64,000 nucleotides of DNA from Adineta vaga (taxonomy: Eukaryota; Animalia; Rotifera), in contig CP075496.1 of NCBI GenBank assembly GCA_021613535.1, positions 6,138,001 to 6,202,000 of the forward strand, in the 5' to 3' direction. Numbering within the stretch: the stretch's first letter is position 1; each line of letters opens with the position of its first letter. Shown piece by piece: positions 48,108 through 61,100 of this stretch. Below the pieces are notes generated by a model that was not told the DNA's origin, did not search any database, and was given only the letters and a program-made list of their open reading frames with translations. The translations under genes and the position numbers were made by a program.

Positions 48108-48599
48108 ATGACAGAAACGTTAGATGATGAGATCGATCATGATGAATTAACTCATACTAAAACGATCTTTCGTCGTCATTCCAAAGGTTCAGTTATGTTT
48201 AGTGGTTGTTCACCATCAGGTGATGTTATCATTATTGATAATATTAGTTCAACAAAATCGTTTGATTTGACGGGATGGCATATTGAACGACAGACTGATT
48301 CACAACCATTCCTGCGCTATACATTTCCCGATCAATTTATTATTCCACCATGGGCAACAGTTGAATTATGGACAAGTTCAGCAGCAACAAGAACAATGAC
48401 AAATGAAATTGAATATCATCAATCATCGGAATCTATTGAACAACAACAGCAGCAGCAGCAATCATTTGTTCGAATTAAAACTAAATTATTAACATGGAAT
48501 ACCGCATTACAATGGAGTGTTAATCGACTTTTAGATTCGAATGGACATGAAAGAGCTATTTTTACACATCGAACATTGTCATCACTTGAAGAGGAATAA
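48108..48599 (+). CDS. Stand-alone lamin-tail-domain (intermediate filament tail, Ig-like) protein, intronless
   Basis: TIFRRHSKGSVMFSGCSPSGDVIIIDN...DLTGWHIERQTD...YTFPDQFIIPPWATVELW...LLDSNGHERA matches the LTD pattern of lamins and protostome cytoplasmic IFs. Confidence 0.82.
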   Translation: MTETLDDEIDHDELTHTKTIFRRHSKGSVMFSGCSPSGDVIIIDNISSTKSFDLTGWHIERQTDSQPFLRYTFPDQFIIPPWATVELWTSSAATRTMTNEIEYHQSSESIEQQQQQQQSFVRIKTKLLTWNTALQWSVNRLLDSNGHERAIFTHRTLSSLEEE

Positions 48600-49032
48600 A
48601 CTGTTAAAGAATTGTTCGAAAAAATAAGGTCACATCGAAATCGTAAATCATCGAAAGAAATAAAAACCTTCTTCTTTATTGTTGTTAATAAATGTTTTAT
48701 TGAATTCAAAGATTTCTCCTTCATTTATAAATTACGTCAAAGTGTAAAATGATAAGGTCAAAAAAGTATATAGTCTTTTCTAATACCTGAACGAATTACT
48801 AAAATCATTTGTCCTTCACTAATATACCTGTGTATGTCTTTTTTTGGATATAAAGATATAATCGACATTTTTTTCGAGTAAATATTACTCGGCAATATTA
48901 TTTTTATTATCATTTCATGCAGATGTTTGAAAACAACATTTGTGTATTACAGAATCTCATAATGAATCTGAAAAGAAGAGAACGTAGGTGTAAAACAGAT
49001 GTCAATTTTCTCATTCGACGAATAATCCACCT

Positions 49033-49038
49033 TATAAA
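49033..49038 (+). promoter_or_regulatory. TATA box of the secreted precursor gene
   Basis: TATAAA about 95 nt upstream of the ATG at 49130. Confidence 0.5.
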
Positions 49039-49129
49039 TTAGCAAGTTTATATTCTTAGTATCCGATAAATTCGTTTTTCTTCATCATCTTCAATCGCTT
49101 CAATTCAATCAAAACCACTCATCGCTAAC

Positions 49130-49933
49130 ATGAAGTGTTTCGCTTTAATCGCTGCTCTCTGCTTCCTTGGCGTTTGCGCTGGAGATTCACTCTCACTTGA
49201 CTTTCTTACTGAAAATTTGCTCAATCCCATGCTTGAGCAAATTCAAAACAGTTAGTTGAATTAATGATTAAATGTCTTTTATTTTTAATGAATATTTTCT
49301 TTTTATCTAGATGCTTTGGGCATGCTTTCCCAACAAATTTCATCACTCTTCGGAAATCTCTTTCAGCCTTGGCAAACGTGGATTAAATGATGTTTTAAGC
49401 GTTAATCTTTCACAAGTAAGATCAATAATACACGAAGATTTCGATAATTCTTTTTTGTGTCTTTAAGATTTTGGCTCCATTCATTGCTAAAATCAAAGAA
49501 GTCTACCAACAAGTCTTCTCTAACTTCCTTCAAATTGTTCAAAATGTTGAAGCTGTAAATATTATTTCTAACACATTATTCCCTTCTTAGCATTTTCAAA
49601 ATGAACTAAACATGTATCGTGCACTTTTGTTTTCTAGTGGATCTCCAAACCAGACTGGGCTCGTATCGAATTTACTCGTGTTGGTGCTGATGCTGAAGCT
49701 ATTGTTGCTCGTCTTGACCTCGGTGTTGACGTAAGTTTGATATGATCGATATGCAAGAATACTCATTTTCATTTGATGTGTTTTTTGTTTTTCAGTTTTT
49801 ACAACCACTCGTTACCCTCGTTCAACAACACTTAGGAACCCTCATCACTGACTTCCAAGGTATCATCAGTCAAGTTTTAAATGCTGCTTCACACACAGCT
49901 AATCCACTTATTGGCATTCTCTCACAAAAATAA
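49130..49933 (+). CDS. Orphan secreted amphipathic-helical precursor with a G-K-R processing site (five exons; apparent +1 frameshift at about 49361)
   Basis: Signal peptide MKCFALIAALCFLGVCAG; four GT-AG introns in consistent phase once one T is removed from ctctttcagc; C-ending codon bias; AATAAA at the stop. Confidence 0.75.
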
Positions 49934-50151
49934 ATAAATCTTTGATCTTGAAGAAGTTTATTTTCCTTTTGTGTCTACTTCAATAATGTAATCTTAAAAG
50001 TTCTGAAAAAAAAGAATTATTGATGATAAGACAATTGTCTCTGTAAATGATTTTATCGAAGAAAAGAAATAGGATTCATGTGACTTAGTAAATTAGAACA
50101 AGGACATTTTAGTATTAACGATTCTTGCGAAAGTAGAACATATGAAAATGA

Positions 50152-51060
50152 TCATATTGCTTTGACGAATTGTAGATTGAACCTGAAAGAAAAAATAAAC
50201 AGTTGGATAGATTCTCATTTGGATATTTTATCTTGTTTTTACCATTGTTTAATTTCATTTCCATCACGTTGAAGATTATTTAGAGGAATACAAATCTAAG
50301 AGAAAATTTGCAAATATGTTTGCCTATTATGATAAATTAGATCTCTTACTTCTCGATCACGTGGTACTGATGGATCTGTATGGTTTTCCACAAGAACATG
50401 TAGAGTTTCTTTAATAAATTTTTCATATGTATCAGAAAACAACAATGGTTCTTTCCATAAGACAGCAGCATTTTCAACAATAACTCTTGATTGTTTTTCT
50501 TTTGGATTTTCCTTAGAATCATTTTCAATCAATGAAAAATATATATCCATTTCAGGTGAATAGATCTGTTCAGGTCGTATGATACCTTGTGCATCAATGA
50601 TTTGTATAATTAATTGATTATTTTCATGATTAAATCGAATCGATAATTGTAATCGACCATGTTTAGCATCTGGATGTACAACTGGATCATATTCTGTGAC
50701 ATTTAATTGAGATTGATGCTCATTTATATCATCAGTGGCATGGTGTTGACCCGATGCAATTTCATTAACACGTGTACGAAAATCTTCATCTTGTAAACGA
50801 TCGATATCAGATTGTTCTCGAACAATTTTTCCAGTGGGTTGATGTTCAGAAGTGAGAATTTGCTGATTTGCATCGAATTCTATTGTCTCACTGGGAGTAC
50901 CTTGAGGAAGAGGTTTAACATTGTCTAAACCTTGAATATTCGATGTTCCAGGTTGTTTATCCTAGAGAGGAAAAACATGTGACAGATGCTTATTTAAAGA
51001 AATTAAAAGAAAAATTTCCATTTATTTATATGAATTTTGTCTAAATCTGTTACATACCAT
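50152..51060 (-). CDS. Single degenerate C2-domain protein
   Basis: ATG-only first exon (51058-51060), then a long exon with HGRLQLSIRFNHENNQLIIQIIDAQGI...KQSRVIVENAAVLWKEPLLF...LHVLVEN, then ICIPLNNL...KQW|FNLQ. Confidence 0.72.
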
Positions 51061-51920
51061 AGTTTTAGTATACACGTATATTATAAATAGAAGAGATATT
51101 GCACTATAAAATACCCGCGTTAAATAGGTGAGAAAGAGTGTGAATGATAAGATAACCGATTATGAAAAGAACGAACAAATATATGCAGAGATAAACTATT
51201 GATTAATGCTTTTCCTGAGAATATTTATTCAAAAAATATATAGATGAAAAAATATGATTTCTTCTATTGAAAATTTCAATCGTTGACATTTCATATTACA
51301 TTGTTAAATTCATTATATTTTCCAGCGTATATATTCAAAATGAAAACATTATAATAACGTATGCAAATTTAAATGAATTTTTCTAGTTAAACTCAACATG
51401 CCTTCGTCGATATTCATATCATATCGAGAATATATAACTAATATAGTTAGTTTATGCACTTTCAAAACATCTGGAGTACTTTTGATAGAATAACATTTCT
51501 TTTTTTAAATTTGCATCTAAATCACACCATTGTATTCACAATTAAATGTTTGTTCTGTTCGTTCAATCAATCATTACGTTCAACATGAAATGAATGAATG
51601 CATGGAAATTGTTATTAATTGAATAAAATATGGACTTATTTCATTGGTTATACAATAGTTTCAATAGATGTCCTTTTGTATAATTAAAAGTCTAGTTTTT
51701 TTTGTTTCGAATAATCGTAAAATATCTAAAAGTCGAAAAAAATTCTTTTCAAAAAATAATCTCTTCATACAACAAAATAATTTCATTTTTAAACGAAGGT
51801 TTTCTAAATCATTATAAAGAAATCAACAATATGACGACTACAAATGCAATATTGATAACATATTTTGAAGGTTTTTGAAAAAGAAACACTAATTGTTCGT
51901 TTTCTAGATTATATTGTACA

Positions 51921-52461
51921 ATGCCGGCTAAAGCTGCTCAACCAAAAAAGAAAGAAAAAGAAGCATCAGCAAGTTCATCTGGTGGGGGTAAAGCAAAAAA
52001 GAAGAAATGGTCAAAAGGAAAAGTTCGTGATAAACTTAATAATATGGTTCGTATTCAATTCTTTCATCTTCTTCATCATTTGATTACTCAATATCCTTTT
52101 CCTTTAGGTTTTATTCGACAAAGCAACATATGATAAATGTGTTAAAGATATGCCACAATACAAATTGATTACTCCGGCAATTGTATGTGAACGTTTCAAA
52201 GTACGAGGTTCACTCGCACGTCAAATAATTCGTGAACTTGTTAATCGTGGTCTCATTCGTGCAGTTGTTAAACACAGTCGACAAGAAATCTATACTCGTG
52301 CTACAAAAGAAGATGCACCCGGTGAACAAGATGGTGGTAAAGACGGTCAAACGGAAAAGAAAGAAGGTGGTGGTGGTGGTGGTAAAAAGAGTGGCAAAAA
52401 AGCAGCTAAAGAAGAAGCAGCAGCAGCAGCCGCCGCCGCAGCTGAAGAAGCTACGTCGTAA
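51921..52461 (+). CDS. RPS25: 40S ribosomal protein S25 (eS25) with C-terminal extension
   Basis: [22 protein letters not shown]|[10 protein letters not shown]...[21 protein letters not shown]...IYTRATK. Confidence 0.97.
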
Positions 52462-52573
52462 AAATATCGAACTTTGTTTAGTCATTTGTTTTTGTTGAAT
52501 AAACATCAAAAAGAAGAATATAAAGGAAAAAAAACGTCGAATGAGTAAAAACATTTGTTTCTCTTTTCTAGAT

Positions 52574-53874
52574 ATGTCTTCAACAAATCATACGAAACGA
52601 AAAGAAATCTATCGATATGAAGCTCCATGGATGGTTTATGCAATGAATTGGTCAATTAGACCAGATAAACGTTTTCGTTTAGCACTTGGTTCATTCGTTG
52701 AAGAATATAATAATAAAGTACTAATTGTTAATTTCATAAATATATTCTTTTATTTTTCAAATTAGGTACAAATTGTTTCACTTAATGAAGAAACATCCGA
52801 ATTTATGTCACGTTCAACATTTGATCATCCTTATCCAACGACAAAATTAATGTGGATACCAGATACAGTAAAGAAAAATCTTCTTTTTATGAATTTAAAT
52901 ATTTTTCAATTTTGAAGAAAGGAACTTTTCCGGATTTACTTGCTACAAGTGGTGATTATCTACGTGTTTGGCAAGTTAATGATCATGCAACACGATTAGA
53001 ATGTTTGTTGAATAATGTAACGTTGAAAATTTCTTCATTTTTCAATTCAATTCTTGAGTTATTATTTAGAATAAAAATTCCGATTTTTGTGCACCATTAA
53101 CATCATTCGATTGGAATGAAATCGATCCAAATCTAATTGGTACATCAAGTATTGATACAACATGTACAATATGGGGTCTGGAAGTAACTATTTTATTTTC
53201 TCTTATAAATAATCTAACTAAATTTGATCTTCATTTTAAGACTGGACAAGCCATTAGTCGAACAAATCCAGTTAGTGGACATGTTCGAACACAATTAATT
53301 GCTCATGATAAAGAAGTCTATGATATTGCCTTTAGTCGTGGAAGTAGTGGCCGTGATATGTTTGCATCTGTTGGTGCTGATGGTTCTATACGAATGTTTG
53401 ATTTACGTCATTTAGAACATTCAACAATTATATATGAAGATCCACAACATCATTCATTATTACGTTTAGCATGGAATAAACAAGATCCAAATTATTTATC
53501 AACATTTGCCATGGATTCAATGGAAATTGTTATACTTGATGTTCGAGTGCCATGTACACCTGTAGCTCGATTAAGTAATCATCGATCTGGTGTTAATGGA
53601 ATGGCTTGGGCACCACATTCAGCATGTCATATTTGTACAGCTGGTGAGTACATGAACAGTTCTTGTTATCTTTTTTTCAAACCATTTTTGTCTGTTTATA
53701 GGTGATGATAAACAAGCATTAATTTGGGATATTCAACAAATGCCAAAGGCAATTGAAGATCCTATACTTGCTTATTCATCTGATGGTGAAATAAATCAAG
53801 TTCAATGGAGTACCACTCAGCCAGATTGGATAGCTATTTGTTTTAATAATTTTCTTGAAATCTTACGTGTATAG
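52574..53874 (+). CDS. DCAF7: DCAF7/WDR68 WD40 scaffold protein
   Basis: [12 protein letters not shown]; [15 protein letters not shown]; FDHPYPTTK; [13 protein letters not shown]; [11 protein letters not shown]; [13 protein letters not shown]; [13 protein letters not shown]; LEILRV*. Confidence 0.97.
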
Positions 53875-54111
53875 TTAATTTATGTCTCAAAGTGCATTTT
53901 TTAACAAAACGAAACTGTATTTATGAATGATGGGAATCTCTTTTTTTCTATCGACACGAAACATTAGTTTTCTTTTCTTGTTTTTCTTCTCTATTTCTCT
54001 TTTTTTTTGTATTAAACAATAGAATTTAATTCCTACGAAAAAGATGGCGTGAGTATTGAATATTATTCTCATATGTCTTCATATTTTATTTTTGTGTCGG
54101 TCGTATTTTGG

Positions 54112-54182
54112 ACGTCAATATAAAGGACAGCTAGCTTTTCACTGACAACCAATAGGATAGAACGTCAAAAAGTGTATATAAA
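54112..54182 (+). promoter_or_regulatory. Histone H4 promoter: two ACGTCA hexamers, CCAAT box, TATA box
   Basis: ACGTCA at 54112-54117 and 54162-54167; CCAAT at 54149-54153; TATATAAA at 54175-54182. Confidence 0.6.
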
Positions 54183-54255
54183 CGATCAGATATATTGTTC
54201 ATTTCATGTCATTTTAGATTTTTTCTTTCGACTTAATTTTTCTCATTCTTTTTCA

Positions 54256-54748
<493 letters not shown>

Positions 54749-55741
54749 ATGATCAACTTTTTTGCAGAATTAACCTGTGATAAAGAAATATGTACATGTA
54801 CATGTATCTCTATTTGTATTTAATGTTCTTCTTCTTGATTGTGTATGTTCATGCTTGCAATTCTACAAAATATTCCTACTATATATATTCATATATAGAT
54901 TCTGAATGTTCTATTGTCTATCAATAAAAATTGTCTGTTTGTCATTATGTTCATTATATTGAAAATAAACGAAAAGAAAATATTTACTTGAATAGAAAGA
55001 TGAATCTATTTGATGATATCAATGTTCATTTATATGTGCATAGAAAGAGGGTAATTGCATAACGATTAGGAAATATGAATAAATAAAGAAAGTTACAATG
55101 AATGTAAATTTTTCTTTGAGATCTTTCGAAATTTGTATACGTGTATCTATAATTTAATTTAATATTCACCAAACGTTAATATTCATTTCTTTATCGTTTT
55201 CAGCTGGATGTTTTAACTGATCTTTATCAAATTGAACTGAACTGTCGGTTATGAATTATAACTATATATCTAAATTAAGCCTTAAATTATCAGTAGATAG
55301 GTATTCGAGTCAAGATGATATGATGTATTTCCTTAGATATGGTTGAAAGAAAACTACGCACATGTGGTGAATGAAACAAAAACAGACTGATAGTATAGTC
55401 TGTTTAGTTAGTTACTGAATGCTTGATGACTCATTGTACATTTGTTTCGAGCCAATGAAAATATGGTGGTTGTATACGACGTAATAAAAATTTACAAAAC
55501 AAATTTAAATTAAGTTCTCATAATGTAAAAAATAATCTTTAAAATTTAGTTTCAAAATTTTTCTAATGATTTATGATCAACAAATTTTTATTGATTCTTT
55601 TACCAACGAAGTAAACTATGGACTATTCGACTCCTCTATCTCAGCTAGTTTTAATCGTTTATTCAAACGCGAAAGTTAGATGTTTGACAATTTTTCATTG
55701 TATTTATTTTAGATCTACTGTTCCCCAGTTCATTCCTTAAG

Positions 55742-56828
55742 ATGACTGATACGTATGTCTAAAAATACTCGATATTTATTCGATTTAATATTTTCGTTTC
55801 TAGCGTCAAAAAGGTGAACACGGCTACAACTGCAAAAACAACAACATCAGCATCAAAGACAAAAAAGGCCGTCCCGAAACTGCCTGAAGTCTTATTGAAA
55901 AAAAGAAAACTCTATGCTGATCTTAAAGCACGTCGTCTTCGCTCTCAATTACAAGCAACTAAAGTAAATGAACTAAAGTTTTTTATGTCACGAATTTTTT
56001 ATCATCTATTCATTGATGTTTTTTATTCCATCTAGAATAAGAAATACAAACGTTTAGTTATCTTCAAACGTGCTGAAAAATATACCAGCGAATATCGTAA
56101 AAAAGAACGTGATTTAATTCGTCTTAAACGTTCAGCTAAAGTACGTGGTAATTATCATGTTGAAGCTGAACCATCACTTGCTTTCGTTATGCGTATTCGT
56201 GGGTATGTTTTCATGAAAAGTTTCTTTTGACAAAAAAAGTTTTTCTTCTCTTTTATTCTTCTAGTATCCGTGGTGTTCATCCACGTGTCAAACAGGTTCT
56301 TCGCCTCTTTCGTTTACGTCAAATAAACAATGGTGTCTTTGTTAAACTTAATAAAGCTACTGTTCAAATGTTACGTATTGCTGAACCTTACATCGCATGG
56401 GGTTATCCAAATTTGAAATCAGTTCGAGAACTTGTTTACAAACGAGGCTTTGGAAAAGTTAACAAACAACGCATACCATTATCCGATAATAGTATCATTG
56501 AAAAAGCTCTCGGTAACTTTCAACAGGAATTCTAATAGAAAAGAATAAGATTTGGTTTGTTTAGGTAAACAAGATATCGTTTGTATGGAAGATCTTGTTC
56601 ATGAAATCTTCACTGTTGGAGAAAATTTCAAAAAGGCTTCAAACTTTCTTTGGCCATTCAAACTTAACAATCCAAAAGGTAATCACGATAAGAAAGATCT
56701 AATTGAAAATTTAATATGATCTCATTTTTATAGGTGGATGGCGCAAGAAAGCCAATCACTTTGCTGATGGAGGTGATTTTGGAAACCGTGAACTATACAT
56801 CAATCAATTGTTGCGTAAAATGGTTTAG
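55742..56828 (+). CDS. RPL7: 60S ribosomal protein L7 (uL30)
   Basis: [13 protein letters not shown]; IFKRAEKY; LAFVMRIRG; [48 protein letters not shown]; NFLWPFKL; GGDFGNRE. Confidence 0.97.
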
Positions 56829-58199
56829 ACGTGCTTTCTTCGTTGATTTTCACGTTCTATTTCGTTTACTAACAGCAACATGGAAATAAAAACAAAAAGA
56901 AAAAATGTTATTGTTTTGTTTTTTGCTTGTCGATTGAAACACATTCGAAAAAAAAATAAAACAAAGAAGATAAGAATTGCTGAATATGTCATTGTAGCCT
57001 GTTTTTTCGATCATCAGTCTGATCTATTCAAAAGCAGAAATGTTAGTAAAAATATGAAGAATAAAAGATCAGAACTTTATCAGTCATTTCTAAAGTTTCA
57101 GTTCTAATTACACATACATCGATTATGCCAAGACTATTTCAAATGTATGCTGCTAGTAGATGACAATACTAAAAATGATCATATTAACGTATTGAATAAA
57201 ATTGTCTTCGTTTGAGAGTAATTATTATCATTAAACCTGATATTGGATACAACGATTACGTATATGAGAATCGAAAAGAAATTAAAATAGTATCAAACTT
57301 CAGATTAGTGAAGTTTTTTATTCAGAACTAAACCTAAGATTTATCATACAAACATGAGCAATCGATGTTTTCACAAGTAAATACGATAATTCCATCTTTC
57401 TTCTATATGAAACATCTGGTAGAAAACCAACATTCAGTGCATTTCTAGGAGAATCAGTACATCTCTTGTGTGTGAAAAATTCTATACTCCAGTCGTATAA
57501 TTCCATACAAGATCATCTTGAAAACATCATAATAACATCCTTAGAGAAATCTTATACAGCTAAGGAAGAAAACAGATCAATATCCAAAAATAAGTACCCT
57601 TCTATATCTTCTATTTCCATCAAATGAATCCTATCATCTTTCCATTTTCCAAAAAATAGTTTTCCATTCTAGAAAATATCCATAAATAAAACTGAAAAGA
57701 CGTAAAGCATCTTTCTTCAATCTATGTTTGACTATCAACATGATAAAACTAATCATGAAGGTTATGTTCGATTAAATGATCGATCATTCCTCGAAAACAA
57801 CAATATCATTCATTTGATTAGTTCTTGTCATCGACTGATTATTTTACTATTCATATCATCAAGAACTACTATTATATATTTTCACATCAATTTCAATTGC
57901 TTCTATTGAATTATTTGTTTAATGAAAAAAAACCTACCTTTTCATATTTATTTATTTATTTGACAAAGAAACCTTTTAGTCTAGCAATCGTACCCATTTA
58001 GATTTATATAAGAATTTATTAAACTGCAAAAAACGTTAATTCTATAATCAAAAAGTCGAAGCAACATGCCAATAAACAAAAGACCGAAAACCACCTTCGT
58101 CCGAAGAATTCACAAAAAAACAAGAAATACACGCACACATATATATTCATTAAATTATTGAAGTACAAAGAAAAACCGGAAATACCTTGAAGATCAATT

Positions 58200-61100
58200 T
58201 TAAATAAATGTTGCCTTACGTAAAAGATTGTGGAGAATTGATTTCTTCTGTACATCTTGTTGTGGTATTGTCGATGATTTCACAATAATAACACGTTGCG
58301 TATTGCCATTATTAGATGTTCGTTTGGATTCAGTTGCTAAACTAGCAGCACGTTCTTGTAATCGTCTAGATTTCATACATAAATTTTAATTCAATTCTTG
58401 TAGAAATCTTACTTTGTTAAATCTTCAATATCAACAAGAATAGAATCTTGTTCCATACTTAATGAATCTCTTTCCATGAGAAGATTCACTAATTCTTCAT
58501 TATGAGCTGAAAGCAAGATAATGATAGGTTTTCATTTTTCGAGAAGAGAAAAGAAAAGAGTTTGTACTTTCAATCTGACAATGTAAATCATTTACAATAA
58601 CTTGCAATTGACCAATATTCATATCTTCAAGCATTCGAACAGTTAATGGTTTATCACCATTTGTATTAATTCCAATCTTTAACAAATCATAGAAAATTCA
58701 AATAAATGAAATTTTAATTTTACATACAATATCATAGAGTGGAGATTTTTTCTTTTTCAAAGCTCGTCGTTCGATTTGAACTTGCATTCGAGCCATTTTG
58801 GCTCCGAGAACAAAAGCAACTTTTGCTTCTTCCTTCAAAATTGTAACACAGATTTTAGACATCAAATAAAATTTCAATCATTTTACTTTTAATTTTTCTT
58901 GTTTAGTGAGAATATCTTCATCGTTGTTTACCATTGCGGATGAATTTGATTCCTCTGTTTTCGAATTCTTTAATCTATTTTTCGATGTTACTGAATTCTT
59001 TCAAGAGAAAATAAACAAAATTTGCTTTCTTTCCAATGAATGTAATACAAAAAAAAAGTTTCATACCAGATCGGTATCGGATGATTCGTTTGCTTGATGA
59101 TGTTCGTTTACAAAACATATTTGCAAATTTGTGCCTGAAAAAGCATACATTTTCTCACTTGTTTTATTCGCCATCGGAAATTGTATTTAACGAGGCAAAT
59201 AAATGAGATTCTTATTATCCTGTCTGTTTACGAACGAATAAAACAGTAGGAAATCTATTCCAAGACAAATGTTTCGCTCGCCTTTTTTTTTGCTTTCTTA
59301 TACCATATGTCTTTCTCTATCTCTCGTCTTTCTAAGTGTCATTCACTTTCTCTCCAGTAAGACTAATCATGATTGATGACATTGTCTTCATTAAGAGCAA
59401 TGTCGAAAAGGTGTTGATTGACATATTAAATATCTCACTTCGAGTCTTCGCACAATCATTTTACCTTGTCGTCGTCGATGTGATGTTGTGATCATTGTTT
59501 TTTTTATATAATCTGATGTATAATAATCTTCATTTTCACCTTCAGATTCATTTCCTGCTGCTAATTTACGTCGAATTTCATCGCGATCATTTAATCGAGC
59601 CTAGAATGAACAAATCGAACAGATCGTTGAGTCAGATGTTTCTGCTTATCGAACAGTATGACAGAGGAAAAACGACCTTCTATAACACTGTTAACGTGCA
59701 AACATTCATATCACAACCAGTTTACCATAAATTCTATGTGTTGATTCTCAATAAAGCAGTTGCTGTCGAAGTAAATCGTTCTTATTTTGTATCTTTTTTT
59801 TCTCAATCGGAAATTTTTTTCCGGAAAATAAGAACGGAAGAGAAAAACGGGAAAAAGAATTTTCTTTCTTTTTTTTTGTTTCATAATCATCATCATTATT
59901 CGAGTATTATCATCGTCATTATTATTATTATGCGTGTTGTTGTTTTTGTTGTTGGGCTTCTAAGTGGAAGACCACGCTCGAGAATAAAACTTCAGTCCAA
60001 TGATGTACGCAAATAACAACAACACGAGTAATAATATTCATCGACCTTTGTTGACTACTAATGGATACATTCACAGTAATACACTGCTTGGTATCTCCTG
60101 TGTTTTATCTTGTCATTTACAGATAATATGACATATTTATAGGTTGTGTATACTAAATACCGAGAGATAACCTATCTTTCGAAAGACAACTCATCTACCA
60201 AATCTCTCGAGCAATCAGACTTGTAACAATATCAAAAGTAAGTACTCTTCTTCTTCTTCTTCTTCTTCGATTTGATAGACATTCTTTTGACATTAAACTC
60301 ACTTAAACCTATCAAGAGAATTGTATTTTTAATGAACTTACTTTTAATTCTAAACGAAGATTGTCTAAATTATTCTCAAATTTAATTTGATTATTATACA
60401 AATAGTAAATATACAACTCCATAGTTAGAAATATGAATGAGTTGTTTCTCGTCCTGTTTCTTCTAATTTTATTTCAACACATGAAATTGTAGACTTCTAA
60501 TTATAAGATGTAAGTAGAAGAAACAGAAGGGAAGAAAGAAAATAGGGGCGTTGTATTCTTAATAAAGTGGTACTGGCAACATTATTAAAAGAGAGAAAGA
60601 GAAGAGAAAAGGAGATGATTATGAAATCTATATTCTTTACTGACTCTTTTTTTTCTTCTTTCCGTCCATGTAACATTGTACGAGTCGGTTTCTTTTTTAA
60701 ACTAAACTATAGAAAGTATAATGATTGACACGTACATTTGTTGACAATAAAAACTTCATTACTATTTAATAGATAGCTTCGGGTAGTATGTTTTCTAAGA
60801 CTGATGACTATATCTTTGTACTAGTTCTAATACGAGATAAGAGATTTGAAAATTGTTAACGTTTTTTTTCTTTTTCTATGTAAGCTATTTTTATCTTCTT
60901 TAGTGAAGAGTACTTCATGTCTATAGCGAATAATGTGTTCGAAATGGGTTACTACTTGATTGAGCTTTCATTCTAGGAAATTCAAATGATTCTCTTCATC
61001 GTTGATGACTTTCTTCTTTTCTTCTTTATCAAAAATTAATTATAGAGATGTAAAGAAAATCGATAGTTCAATTATTCATGATTGAAATAAAGAAAGTCTA

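Noticed and set aside
49382-49393. AAA-TGA as a Euplotes-like programmed +1 frameshift that would also restore the frame
   Set aside because: The alternative frame already reads FSLGKRGL upstream, which places the shift at about 49361. An indel is the simpler explanation.
54749-54800. Histone 3' stem-loop
   Set aside because: No GGYYYTTYHNRRRCC-type hairpin is visible. A poly(A) signal is present instead.
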